A stretch of 64,000 nt of DNA, from positions 50,840,001-50,904,000 of the forward strand of contig NC_088860.1 of the NCBI RefSeq assembly GCF_963853765.1, written 5' to 3'. The notes under the pieces were generated by a model. It was not told the origin of the DNA, did not search any database, and saw only the letters and a list, made by a program, of their open reading frames with translations. The stretch comes from Magallana gigas (taxonomy: Eukaryota). Below, in pieces: positions 35,452-49,130 of this stretch; positions within the stretch are counted from its first letter, which is position 1; every line of letters starts with the position of its first letter. The position numbers were made by a program, and so were the translations under genes.

Positions 35452-37856
35452 TTAGACAATGGTGGGTGCGTTTAACTGACTTCGGATATGATCGGCGTAA
35501 GCAATGGATTCTTTGAGAATAACGAAATCTTGATAAAATCGGTACTGATTGTTACTTGTACGGAATCTGTTTATGTTTTTTATTTCCATGCACTTTGCCT
35601 CGACGCGCAGTATAGTATGAAGATCAAAGCGGACGTGGTACAGCGTCTGGTTGGCCTCTTGTATAAAATTTGATAACTCGCCGTAGCTGTATTGGTCTTC
35701 GTCTTTTTTCATCAAGTCCAAATAAGACGAAATTAATGTCAGAGTCTTGTAGACATCCAGAAGGCTAGCAACTGTTGACTGAAATTATAAAATAGGTCAT
35801 TTTGAAAAAATGCTCAAACTATTTAAGAGAATTTTATTTCGAGAAATTAAGAGAGAAATAGAACGAAAATAAGGAATAAATATCTACCTTTGATGGTTCC
35901 AAAGAAAAGGGAGACGTGACATCCAGTTCCATGATTTTTTGTGACCTTAAAGCATCAATTGTTCGGTTACTGGTTATTCTTCTTCCTTGAGGAGGTATCT
36001 GTAAAACAACGGCATATTGATATTCAAGTTACATCAAATTCATAGTTTTCATATTGAATTTCAAAATCCGTCATTTTCACATCCGTAAAATCATGTATAT
36101 GTGTTTCTCCATTTTATAGTTTATAACAAAAAAGCAGCAAACAACGTATAACATTGCAAGCTAGAAATTTATAAACAAAATTGCTTACATATTTTTCTAT
36201 CAGTTTTTGTGTGGCGTTGTGAAACAAATTAAGTCTAATCCACAAATTCTGAGCAATTTCTTCCCTTGTAATGTTCGCAGCATTGATGGTCGAATCGACA
36301 TTGGAACTCTTGGTGGGACATGGCTTTGAGATATGTCGTGAGGCCACAAAATGACCGAGGAACAAAATCAATCCTAAAAATGAAATTAAACGGATTGAAA
36401 GAATTATCAAAATGATAATATACATATTTAAAATGTCATTTTCTTGCAAATCAATATTTTTTAAATCTATTTTTCTATCAATCTATATTGATAGAAAAGT
36501 TTTCGTTAACATATAGATAGATGTTTTCATCTATTTTTAGGAGGGCTTTGGCTTTTTTTATTTGAAGCGATTTAAATTTCTTTAAAAATTGGTTGTGATC
36601 GTTAAAAAGTTATAATGTGCTTGAAATAACAATTCTTCAAAATCCACGATGTTAGAATTTTGTTGTTAAAACAAAACTCTACGCCATGGTAAATGTTGCC
36701 AGTATTCTGAGTTATGTCATGATGTAGAAAAAAGTAAATGTACTATTAAAACAAGTGCTAGTCACAATTTTTCCTGATGAATCACATAGTATAGTTATGT
36801 ACCATTCAAAGGTTTTTTCTTCTAAAAACACCATCAGTATCTAAATGTACTATTGTTTTTATTAATAATTTTTAAACTCCTATTATAACATTGGTAATAA
36901 GGGTTTGTACTCAAAACCTTGACAATCACAATTGATTACACAATAGGCTTAAGAACCAAACAGCTGTGGTGTTTAACCAATGACAATGTCAACTTGAAAC
37001 ACTAATATTAGAACTCTTTAAAGCTTAAATATCAAAATTGAACTTATATTTACGGTTTGATAAATTTTTGAAATAAATTTCATTGCAATTTTTTAAGACC
37101 CCCTCCCCTCCCTACATGCACATTGTTTATATTCCAAAAAAGTTTAACGGTTTCGTCTTATGTATAATAAATCAGTCAAATAAACCGAACCCTAAAAACT
37201 GTTCTTAATAATAACATGACTCTCTGTGTTGTAATGGAATTGTTTAGATCGGGTTTATATACAACATTATCAAAAAATTACTTTCATCCAACAAACTACT
37301 TCAAATTGATGTTCGATAATAATAAGAAAAAAATATTTTCAAAACATATTAAGTTTAAACCGAAACTGGCTGTTCGTATTTGTACCCTGAAAAACATTTT
37401 GTCGATATTTTAGGAAGGAAATATCGATCACGATGAACACAACTAAATCCTTAAAGTTCAGAGTAACATAACACTCTCAATAATCCGTGCTGTCTAAATA
37501 CAAAGCGATTGTTTCAAATCAAAAATGTACTTTTAAACTTTTTTTTTAAATAAATATATGTTTTGTTTCAATTTAAAAACATATCCTAGCTGAATCGTGA
37601 TTATTAAGAGGAATGCATCAACGTCTTTAAAGATTAGAGTAACAAACTGATATCGATAATTAGTGCTTTTAAGATATTAAAGGCTTTAGAATTATAAAAG
37701 ATACACTCTGATTATAAAAAAAGTTTTAAAATTTTAAATAATGTTTAAGGAAAAAAGTAATGTATTTGAATGTAATAAACACACTATCTTAAAAAAATTC
37801 TGTTAATGTAAGATATTTGTTTTTAATTAGAGCTTACCAAATGATAGTATATACAT
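35452..37856 (-). CDS. Secreted long-chain four-helix cytokine-like protein, paralog 3, 213 aa; exons 37856-37838, 36373-36189, 35998-35888, 35778-35452
   Basis: GT-AG introns (G|GTAAGC, T|GTAAGC, G|GTAGAT), phases 1,0,0. MYILSFGLILFLGHFVAS-RHISKPCPT...LIEKY|IPPQGRRIT...|STVASLLDVYKTLTLISSYLDLMKKDE...LYHVRFDLHTIL...QYRFYQDFVILKES...NAPTIV*. TATAAA at 37904-37899. The exon 1 choice is supported by its conserved counterpart in the pseudogene. Confidence 0.83.
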
Positions 37857-39110
37857 GGTATCTGTTTTGAACTAATTAATTTTCTAGCTAGATATCAATT
37901 TATAAATTGTAAAGAGAATTTTTTATGATATAATTAAATTCATAACTGAAACAAATTTTCCTAAAGACTGATGACTAAGTTCAGATTATCTTAATAATCC
38001 GCTGCGTATTCATGTAAGCTATAAACTTTTCAAACTAAATTCTTGTACATATTTTGGTGTTTACTTTTGATATTAAACTATTATTAGTAAGCGGACATTT
38101 TAACTTTTGTGTTTAAAATATCGCATAAAATTTTATAGTAGATGTTCATATATAGATTCTCCACTTAATAATAACCTAAAAGCACAGTTTAATTAGACGT
38201 TGCTGTATTTTTTGTTTTTTCTTTAATATTGAATAGTGTTATCGGACTCCAAGGTTTGTAAAGAAAAGCTTATTGTACTGTAAAATAGTTTGCTCGGTAT
38301 GGTACAAAAATATATGTGTACCTATGTGTTAATGTTGAATGCTAATTACTTGTTGCAATAAAAGTTGGTAATATATCTTCTCTTTCGTTTTTGGTATTCT
38401 TCCTTATTTTGAGTATTTTTCTATGCTTATGTTGTCGCTATCGGTCATATAAATAGCCAACAGGATCATACACTTGAAAAGTTGTAAGTTGATATAAAGG
38501 ACATAGATCTGAGACATACTGCTTTTTCCCAGAAAATAAAGTCGTATTTTTAAAGCCTATTATTAATCATACATTCACATTAGGTTAAATGTACATGAAA
38601 CTTTAATTCAATAACCTTTTAGATATTCTAAAGCTTACATTTCAGACTCGAAGAGTATACCAAACGAAATGATTTATCTTAATGAATTCTACCTAGTTTG
38701 TGTTTTTTTCAGGCCTGGGTCAAAGTAGTTTCAGACTTAAGTGAACATTTTAGTTAGTCATAAAATGATTATTTATCGAAGTTTGACGATTGGTATTAGT
38801 TATCAACAACGCTACATCAATACACTTTTAGTACCATTTCAATTTTGTCAGTGTTATCAAGGAAGAGCCATTATGATATTGAACAATTTTGGACTTAAGT
38901 TAAATACTGCTTCATGATCCTTATATTTCAGGTCTGTCTGTGAAGGCAATCTACTTTCCTCTACACTTCAGGTTTGATTAATGTATTGTGGGGGGAAAAT
39001 TATATTTAGGGCATTCACAACAATAATGTGCAAACCTGTCGAACAATATTTTCCGTATAGGTTCCTGCGTCGAATATGTAATTTGTACAACGTTTCATTA
39101 TGTAAACAAG

Positions 39111-39120
39111 GGAAAGTCCC
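39111..39120 (-). promoter_or_regulatory. Canonical NF-kB site GGGACTTTCC about 1.25 kb upstream of paralog 3
   Basis: Exact match; the paralogous position in copy B keeps GGGACTTCCC (58055-58046). Confidence 0.5.
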
Positions 39121-42100
39121 TACTCCTCTTAGGAATGGGTCTGTCCAAGGTAAAACAAAACGCCTTTAAAAAGTTAGGGAAATATTTCATGATGCCTAGT
39201 TCAGTCAAAAATAGATAAAGAAAATTATATAGCAACATCCTTCATACATTTAATAATAACATCTGAATTACAACTCATTTTACAAGTTTCTTACAAAGTA
39301 CAATTAAAATAAAGACAAACAATAAAGCACAATACATGTATTTGCTGTAATCTGTTCAAATATTGAAATAGTGCTATTGATGCTATATTGGTTCATGTTT
39401 CTTAGGAAGAGCTGTTTTGAATTTAGGTTTCCTTTAAATACATTTTATCTTTTTCAGGTGACAAACATTTCATTTCGTTACACAACTGAATTTGAATATT
39501 CTTTAGGCCTATATAGAAATGAAACATTTATGAAGATATTGTATTTAATGCTGGTCAAATGCTGTAAAAATAAATTTGTTTTTTGATGTTAACTAATGTG
39601 TTAAATAATTCACTCTGCATGTATTACAACGATGTAAATATATTTCCATGATACTAGTTTCAAACATGAACGTTTGACACCCACCACTTTTTACTCGTTG
39701 ACATGTTCAAGACAAAAATAAGGATTGCATATAATTCATTTATTTAACAGCTAATCAATGTGGAAATTTTGCTGATGTTTAGTTTAAATTTGCTTTTTAA
39801 TGGATCCACTTTGAATCCGAACGGAATTCCTGTTCCGCCCCGAAACTGGTTTCCGGTTCAAAAAGACACGACGGATAATATACTTTGATTCTGAAGTCTA
39901 TAATTGGTGGTATGACAAGTTGTAAGTTAAATTAACCCACTTTATCAAAATCATTAAAAAGGTCGATGAAATTTATCATGAATTTCTGATATATTAAAAA
40001 CACAAAATCAAAAGAAAAGTAAAGTCATATGGCAAGTGAAAAACGCTATTGATTTAAAATCAAAACATACTTTTCCGATGCTAGTTTTGTTTTAAATGCA
40101 ATATTTAAATATAGCTAAATGATGTTTCTATTAAATAAATGATTTTGGGAGTTTTAAAAAAAGATTCAGATGCTTCTGAATAATCTATGTTTTACATATT
40201 AATATACTTGCAAACAATTTTGAAGCCAGGGTTAACTCGTATGCTCGAAACTTAAAGAAACATCAAATATCATTTTTTTAGTTAAGATGTTTTGTTTAAT
40301 ATCAGAATGGCCTTATATAATCAAAATAAATGAAAGAAGAAACTAGTTGCTCAAACCAATGATGTTATAATATGTGTCGTTAATTTTTAATAAAAATTCT
40401 TCTCAAGGTATCAAAATACAACAACACATAACTTTTTCCATCAACTACGTCACATGATGGTTTTTTTAAAAAAATCATTTATGCAAAACAATTTTGTTGT
40501 ATATACTCGTTACTCAGCGGTAAGTGCAAGGCTTGTGAACTGCCAGTTTGAATCTGCTGAGGGCTTTTGTTCATATTAGTTTTTGAAAATCATTAATTCT
40601 TATACAAATTTGCATAATTGTGCTTTTTTGACTTGTTATTGACTTGTTACTTCTTATGCATCATGCGTTTTATCATAATCAAGTAATTTTATGCTGATAT
40701 GAGAAACTAGGTGTAGAGAAACAACAGATCTCGGTTTCTGTTGTGACTTTTTTTTTCCACATATTATTTATTCTTAAAACTTTTGACACCAATGAAGTTG
40801 TAATTTTTTTCTGAATTAATCCTAACATATATTTGATATAACAAATGACAGACAAGATCTTGCCTAGTGAAGATAGACCCGTTCTACGTAAACATACACA
40901 TATACTCTTTTGAACTTTACTTTTAATTTCCGTCTCAAGTTCTAACATATCATTATTCAGTTTGTTTATTTACTGTTGATTGTCGATCGAAAGGTGTAGA
41001 GGTTGAGAAATTCATCTTTATAATTTCTATTAATAAATGTACATTATACATGTGTATACATGAAATGAATGCGGAGCACATACAACTTTTTAGGTTATTT
41101 AGGGATAGGATAACCTTAACTCTAATGTCATCGGCTTGATGCTATGCAAATAATTTAAACACAATAAAAACGTCAATATTGGGGAATCATGTACTGTTCT
41201 GAGAATTCCATAAGCTCTGGCATTGCGTAAGCGTGCATTGATAACGTCGCCCAAGATAACAATATAACCAGTCATAATTTATAAACACTAGAGATTGTGT
41301 GCATTGTTTATGCTTGACGTAGATAACAGAATTGATTGTGAGCCGATCGGAAAAAGCACTACAAGGCTGTTCTTATAATAATGCGTAAAACAGATATATC
41401 CTACTTTGGACAAAGCGCTATCAGAAGAGTGTAGCAACATTTTTTATTAAGCCCCATCCTAAACTATATGAGGTTTTTTTCATTAAAAAGATAACTTACC
41501 TACATAGTATTTTTCAACGAGATTTCTAAATTTGATTGTAAATTTACACCATTTTATTAGTAAACGTACGTTAGCACTTATATAATATTAATAATCATGG
41601 ACGTGAATACAATTTTTTAAATTTCATAGGTTCACTTCTTATCCCCCCCCCCCTTCAATTATACTTGCAGTAATCAGCACACCTAAAAAGGACAAACAAA
41701 AAATCAGTTAGATATTGATACCCACATTTGTGTTTTTACAATCAATCAATGAATACTTTATATGACAATAGGATTTAGTATTCTGCTCTATTATGTATCC
41801 ACTCAAAAACTAGAACTTCCTTATTCGTTGTGAAACTATTCTTCCGGGATTAAAAGACAAAATTATGTAAAACTTAATATGGAAGTATTGTTTTAATCAA
41901 AACACAATAAATTATACAACATTTATTTACGTAATTTAAAATAAGCTAGATTTACCATAGGTTATGATATACCTGTTGTTTGTAAAACGAAAACGAAAAG
42001 AAAAACACAGAAGTAAACAGATAACATTTGACAGGTTTTTTTTAAAAAAAAAAGCAATACGAAAACTATTTCATTTTAACAACATAACTTGATTTGCGAT

Positions 42101-42385
42101 ATTTTTGTTAAGATTGACATTGCGATAATAGCCACTCCGTTATAGTCACTTGGATATATATTCGTAAAAATTGTATAATTTCACGACTTTTAAGAAAGAA
42201 ATCCTATCTCTGAAACTAATTGATAATGACTTAAACTGAATTTTATTTTTGGCTACCTGTAAAAGAAATTGTTAAACGACTTTGAAATGACAATATATGC
42301 AGTAATGAATTTCAGGAAGTTGAATTTATTTTTGTTTAAATTAGTAAAAGCTAACATTGTCCATTTTTAAAAAATTAATGATGAG

Positions 42386-44971
42386 TTATTAAGGTCTTCC
42401 GTTTCCAACAAAAGACCTTATTATTAAAGTCTTCCGTTTCCAGCGGTGGACCTTATTATTTCGTACTGTCATTGTAATTTATTTTTCTTCAAATTTTGTG
42501 CACACGATTTCTCGAAAACTATTAAACTGATCTTCACAGATGATGGGACATTATCTGAATTTCATACGTTTTTTAATTTTTTGTTGTCATTACTTCCAGT
42601 CCTGATTTACGGCCGACGTTGTAATTTTTACGACCTATTTTGCGCAGAACTGTTCTCAGAAAATATCAGAGATATGACTTTGAAATTTTTAGGATCGGTT
42701 GTCTATAGTTTGGATTTGTGCACTATTTAGTTGTATTGCACTAGTGGCGCAATTTCTGGGAGCTCGCTTGGGCACGAAAATTGGGTACACATTTTGTATC
42801 AAAATTTTCATACGTTTTGATCTGCATCTTTTTATCAGTTGATATATTGTTAAGCCATATATAACAAAAGTAGAAGAATAGCAAGAGTTCTTTCCACCAA
42901 AATTAAGAAAAAGGGGCTGGCCCCTTTATTTAGGGCCGGGGCCAATAGACTCGTAAATTCTATTACAAATGACTTAAAGACGATTAAGATTTTATAATCA
43001 ATTTAAGAATCAAAATTATCGATCGTAGCAATAGCAATCTGGAACACTTATTGACACACCCATTTATTACGTAATAAAAGATTCCTATACATTATCTGAA
43101 AGTAAGGGGGGAGGGTTAATTCTGAAATTGTATCAATTATTCATGGTATTATTTAAAACAGAAACTGAATGGGAGGACCTACACGTTACTCGTAACGAGA
43201 TCGTATCTAGTTTTCGTATTGTTTTTAGTTATTATTTTGTGCACGCGATTTCTCAGAAACTATGTAGCCGATTTTGAGCAGTTTTTCACAGATGATTGGC
43301 AGAGGTCATAATCCTAGACATTTTTGGGATTTTGAAATCGTCACTTCCGGTACCGATTTACGGTCGATTTTTTTTTAGTTTTTTACGACCTATTTCATGC
43401 AGAGCTGATCTCAGAAATTATCAGAGATATGAATATGAAATTTTCAGGATAGGTAGACTGTAGTTTGAAGTTGTGCACTATTATGTTGTTTTACGTCAGT
43501 GGTGCCATTTCTTGGAGCTCGCCTGGGCACGAAAATTGGGTAGGAATTTCAACCCCCTCTTATTGTCTACAAGATTTCTCAGAAATGGCTTGATATATTT
43601 TCTTGAAATTTGCCCGGGCGATAGAAAATTATTTTATCTCAAAGGTTTCTTTTTTTCAAAATTTGTTTCCTGTTATCCGTTTCCTCTCCCGCGACAAAAA
43701 GCTTGTGACATCGTGATCTAAAAGATGATAAGGACTTGAGCATTCAGGCTTTGTAGGATTATAGACCTATAATTGTAGATGTCTTCAAACTATTTTGTTT
43801 TGTTTGTTAAAGCATCCGTCGTCACCGGAACCACTTCAAAAATCATTTTCGTACGCATTTAATCTATTTTCACATAGAATTGAAATATAAGTATAAATCA
43901 TTGCATATGTCATCCATCCGATGTAAGATAAACAAAAACATTCTACTTCCGGTGAGATATCTCAAATATCTCAGATAGTCTTTTTTAAACAAATGTTTTA
44001 CCTGCGAGATTTCAATAAGTGCAAGTGATTAAGACACCAAACTTACATCGATGATAGACATTTGGTAGAAAATGCGTTTAACTGCTTTTATTTTCTCAAT
44101 CGTCTTTTTCGGTTCTTACTGGAAGGGTTTAAACAGATCAAGCTGTTTGAAATTTTCAACTGTTTTTGTTTGACAAATTTAGTAAAATTGATTAACAATT
44201 AAGTAAAGTTATCCAGTGTTTAAGAAAAACTAACTTTTATTTTCACTAAGCACTTCCGTTTGTCCGTTTTCTGTCAAGACACAAAAAAACATAGACTCCA
44301 CAAGATCTCAAAAAATGGTGACGGCTTGAACAACCAAACTTTGTAGGATGATAGCCTTTAGTATGTATCTGTGTATACATTATTTTGTTTGATTCGTTAT
44401 AACTTCCGGTCGTCACTGGAAGCACTTCAAAACTATTATTTTTATTCTATTTTTTTTTTACATGGAATGAATATATAAGTATAAAATCTTATAAATGTTA
44501 ACTCAACAATGTTCAAATAAGGAAACAGGTTCTATTTCCGGTGAGATATATTAAATATCTTAGATAGCTTACCTTTTTACAAATTTGATACCCGTAAAAT
44601 TTTAGTCACTGTAAGTGACTTAGAAACAACACTTTTATGAATGATAGACATTTGATTGAAGATGTGTTTACTGGTTATATTTTGTCAACTGTCACTTCTG
44701 TTACTAGCCGGAAGGGTTCAAGCAATTCATGTTTTTAACAGGTTTAACAGGTGTTCTTGAGTGTTTCATCTAGCCTGATAAACAGTGATATACACTAAGC
44801 AAACGTACAAGGAATACCAGGTTTTATCTTCATTAATCACTTCCGTTCGTTCGTTTTCGGTCCTGAGACAAAAAAAGGATCTTAGATTTGGCAGAGAGTA
44901 CTGATATTTCATCGTATCATATATAACAGATAGGACGGAAGACCTACTTGTTACTCATAACGAGATCTAGT
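42386..44971 (+). mobile_element. Two tandem Helentron-type elements (42386-43211 and about 43212-44971)
   Basis: 5-prime TTATTAAGGTCTTCCGTTTCC sub-TIR; 3-prime GGA(A/G)GACCTAC-CGTTACTCGTAACG-...CTAGT palindrome ends at 43211 and 44971; the second element has internal long direct repeats; absent from duplication copy B. Confidence 0.75.
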
Positions 44972-47900
44972 GATTTATTTATTTTTCTGAAATAAACTAG
45001 AAAATATTTCAATTATGTGTTTCAGAACCTTGAAAATGTATTAAGTATATATTTATTATGACTAAAATATTTTCTGAAATTTAAATTTTTCAAACCAGTC
45101 TTTTGAGTTTTGCATGGAGTTATAATCTTTTAATTTTAGTTTATAAAAATTATGCAAACTTACTATTACATCATAGTTGCTGGAAAGTCTATCATTTCGA
45201 ATGTCTATATTTTTTTCTGAAAAATTTGTAGCGTACATATTGTTTCTTTGTATAAACTCGGAAGGAAATGAACAAGATTGATGGACATCAATACTGGATA
45301 TTATCACGAATGTTTTTTGACTTCAAGTTTAATGTGATGTTTTTATCAGATCTCTACAGGTGAAACTGTAGATGTAGTCATTATCGCTATACTAGTAGTT
45401 CAATCTGCATTCTGTTCTATCTTTTTTCCCATACTTTTTGTTATGGTATACATTACTTGATTCCATATTTTGCTGTGAAGCGTTATATTGTGAAATACAG
45501 ATAAATTTTGAGTTTTATTCAGATTAAAATCATTTTAACGACTCGTTTATCATTACTAAATTGTTTCAGCTTTTAAACTTTAAAAACAACCTGCCACCCA
45601 AAAGGTTAAAAACCTATTGAGCACATGAAACGGCAGATAGAGGTGATGTTTGTATTTCTTGTTATTCAACATCTTGCTAAGAAACTAAGAAACATTACAC
45701 ACTTCTGTGGGATTGAGATAAATCATTTTCACTCCATATTTTCAAGAATTGCCAAATATTATATTTGCAATTCAGCCATGTCCATTATTTATACAGCTAC
45801 GCTGATTATCATGAAAAGATTCACACCAAATGTAGATTAATTTTCGTAAAAGATAAGATCGATGAGATCGCTTTTACCAAAAAAAAAATATCAGTTTTTG
45901 ACTATGAAAGAAATAATTCCTTTCCTAGATTGGTTTCTTTTTCATTTTCATTCAAGTTTCGTTTACAATTTCTTGAAAATTTCTACTGTGAAAAAAAATT
46001 AAACATGGAATATTAATATATGATAAGATAAGAAACAGAAAGTGACAGTGTTTAAGTATATGTTTTTCTTTCCGAATTGTTCTTCTTAAGTAGCACATGG
46101 TGAAGATGTAATCCTACAAAAAATTTGTACTGATCGCAAGTTTTTAATAACTTGAAAAAACCCCTAAAAGATAAAGTTAAATCAGAATAAAAAATCCCAA
46201 AAGTGTAAGTTTTGCTACAAGACTCTTGAAGGGTAAACTATTCTGCTTTGAACTATTATCACAAGCATTTCCGAAATACTCTACCGAATTCGGAAGGAAA
46301 ATCAAATGTGTTAAATTTACATCGTGATCGAATGTCGCCATTTTTCATGCAAAAAACTGAACTACTTCAGTTAACGGTGTTAGTTATGGTGTTTAAAAGC
46401 CTATCAAAGACAAGTAAAGAGACGGTTTCAGTTGTAAATTGCAAGAAGAAATGATTGGTACTAACTGTTTTCACACAAATTGCGTATAAATAAGGTTGTG
46501 AAATTCTTAAACTTCAATGTGTACATCCAAACAGTTACTCTGACATACAAGTAGTTGATATCACCTTCACATGGACCGAAATTGTTGATTGGTCATGATA
46601 TACAGGGAACTGTTGCACGATGGCGACACAGTCATCAGACAATCGTCACACAATTCACGTAATTCGACTACAAATCTTCTCTGTTCACAATTTAAGATGC
46701 CACTCCTTCATCTCACTAAAATTAGAAACATTTACAAGCAAATAGTCTGTCAGTACATTCGTTTCCAATATGTCCCTTTTTACATGTTTCTTTCCATATG
46801 AATAGTACTAGTGTTTATTTTCTTTTACATTTTTGGATGAAGTTTTGATAATTTTTTTATGTATTTTCATTTCTCTGTGAAACACAAGATATAAATGTCC
46901 CTTTTAGCCATTAAAGTTTTATAGACAGGTGAATTAAAATTTGAATAAAGTTGTATTACTGAAAGTCAAAGAAAGTAAATTGTTCATTTTATAACCTTTC
47001 AATTGAAAAGAGGTATTGCGACTTTTGATATCCTTTGTTGTTTTAACATCAAAGGCACAGGTTCTTTTTTTACCCTTTGTATAATATATTTACAAAAAAA
47101 GATAATTCCAAGTGTTTTTTATGTTCTCATTTGCATTTAGTTGAAATAAAAAAAAAACCAAACCATTTGCTGACACTACCTTAAGGAATTCCAGTTGGGG
47201 GGGGGGGGGGGTGTTCCTGATGAAACCGACACCTGCCAACGAAGCAGCTAAAACTACATCGCCTTGCTTTCATGTGATAAATCTAAAGAAAGCATAAACA
47301 TAGTAAGCATATATATTCATGTATATACAAGTTTGTACTAAATCATTTGCATCATGCAATGAAGTCATGGGATCTACAAAAACCATTAATCCAAAAGGAC
47401 TTCATTTGACATGGTCAAATATCTGCCCCAAATTTTGAACTGAACTTTTAAATGTTATTGTATAAAAATGAAATATTCATAAAAAAATATACAGTAAATG
47501 TCTATTATATTATTCTTGATGACAGTCATAATTCTAGATTGTATATATGACGTCACCGAAATGGACCAATTCCTTCAATTTTTGAACCAAATTAAAATAT
47601 TGCCCTTCTCCATTTTATGTTGCTTTTGAAAATATAGATCGCAGATCTACTTAAGTACGATTTTTGCGTATGTTTTTGTTTATAATCATAGACATAAAAA
47701 AAGATCGCATCACCCCCCCCTTCCTTCCAGAAAAAAATCAATAAGTAGTTTATTCTCAATTAAAACAACAATAATTGTTTTAAAAATAAACTATTTTTTG
47801 AAAACATTGCATGACATCAAAGATAGATAACATTTATAGTTACACTTGGTCATATTTTCAAAACAACAAATAGAACAGCTATCATTAAAACTCGTAAATA

Positions 47901-48399
47901 TGTAACATAATCAACTTGGGTTGTTATGAAAGTATGTTTTTAGCCAAGATCTTTTTTCATTTTTTATACTTCCGCGTATTACCAACTTGTATGTTATCAT
48001 TTGTAAGCTTTTAAAACGGCAATTCTTCTAATAAAAGCTGACATCACAGAATTAAGGGAGAATGAAAATTGAGTATTGGCTAATTTATGGAAACTCATTT
48101 GTTCAAAACAAAACAAAAAACATGTACAAAACAAACAGACCTTTAGCTTTCATAGTATTGTTTTTTGAAGGACTCAATTTTAGCAGCATCTGTAATTAAA
48201 ATCACGAGGCAATTTTAAAGTAAAGTGCAAAAATATTCAGTTTTCAACTTATGTCTCTTTTTTTATGAAAAAAAAGAACCACTGAAATAAAGATGCAAAA
48301 AGTTAATAATCAGTCACATACCTGCGTCGCCTGAGATAGAGTGATGCTCCAATGCAAATTTTCTAAATAGTTTTGATCCATCCACCCCCCCCCCCTGAT

Positions 48400-49130
48400 T
48401 TTTAACACAATTTTCTGATCTGCCAAACATTTTCCATCAGATTTAAATCCGGTAAGGCAGAAGGCCATTCCATTACGGTCACGTGATTCTGTGTAAACCA
48501 GTCACGGTTAAAGGTTGCAATGTTCGGTCTTGGAAACAATGTCCTATTGTAAAACTTATTGTAAATCGTTTGTCACAATATTCGACAATAAGCAATGTTT
48601 TTCGAAAATGTCATAGTACTTTATTGCAGATATATTTCTGCTCTAACAGACACGTGAAGTTAAACCCCATTTGCGCATTCCACTCAACAATGTAACCGCT
48701 GGTGGGAAATGTGACACCATATTTTGACAATGTTTAAATTTGCCTTCCATTTCCATAAACATCTGCAAAACTGAAATCAATTTTCTTCCTTAAAATCATA
48801 TTATCAAAATCTGATATCTGATGAACGATACACAATGCCTCCCTTAAATGATTGCGTTCTGCAGTCAGTAGTGGCAACCTTTGAGGCAGAAATGTAAAAT
48901 AATTGCTTTGAGTTCAAGACCCACTCAATGTTCTTTAGACTCTAAAGATACATTCTTTTTCTGTTGTCATTCACATCAAATATTGTTCTTCCTACTATAT
49001 CCTGGGCACCGTATCTCGGACTTCCCTTTACGAAATCTTCTCAAATTATCACACATTGTTGTCCTAGTTTTTTTTGTTATTTAACAATTTCCCGCTCTAT
49101 TGATTTGCCTTTCCTAAATTTATAAAAGAC
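48400..49130 (-). pseudogene. Decayed Tc1-family (DD34E-type) transposase
   Basis: Manual translation across stops and frameshifts: RTTMCDNLRRFRKGKSEIRCPGYSRK (HTH-linker-like), SRNISAIKYYDIFEKHCLL, VLQ*D, DWFTQNHVTVMEWPSALPDLNLMENVW, matching the Tc1 FQQDN...WPxxSPDLNPIENxW signature. Confidence 0.8.

Larger units (their letters stand above)
35400..42385. repeat. Segmental duplication copy A (paralog 3 plus about 4.5 kb of upstream DNA); copy B at about 49870-61750
   Basis: Colinear matches, e.g. 36110-37160 vs 50105-50980, 37260-37830 vs 52370-52910, 38200-39250 vs 57420-58190, 39780-40080 vs 59040-59340, 41400-42380 vs 60720-61720. Confidence 0.9.

Noticed and set aside
36114-36449. Membrane protein with a long hydrophobic N-terminus
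   Set aside because: The IIILIILSIRLISF part is the intron 1 polypyrimidine/AT tract; only 36373-36189 is exon.
9099-37856. Calling the genes IL-17, TNF or true interferons
   Set aside because: No cystine-knot Cys pattern and no beta-sandwich; the phase-1 first intron and WxxPC/helix-D motifs fit class-I long-chain cytokines better than class-II. No gene symbol was assigned.
38932-39586. Plus-strand exons of an intact gene (and counterparts at 57850-58090 and 58755-58870)
   Set aside because: Plausible splice sites but in-frame stops in both copies and poor protein conservation; better treated as duplicated non-coding or relic DNA.
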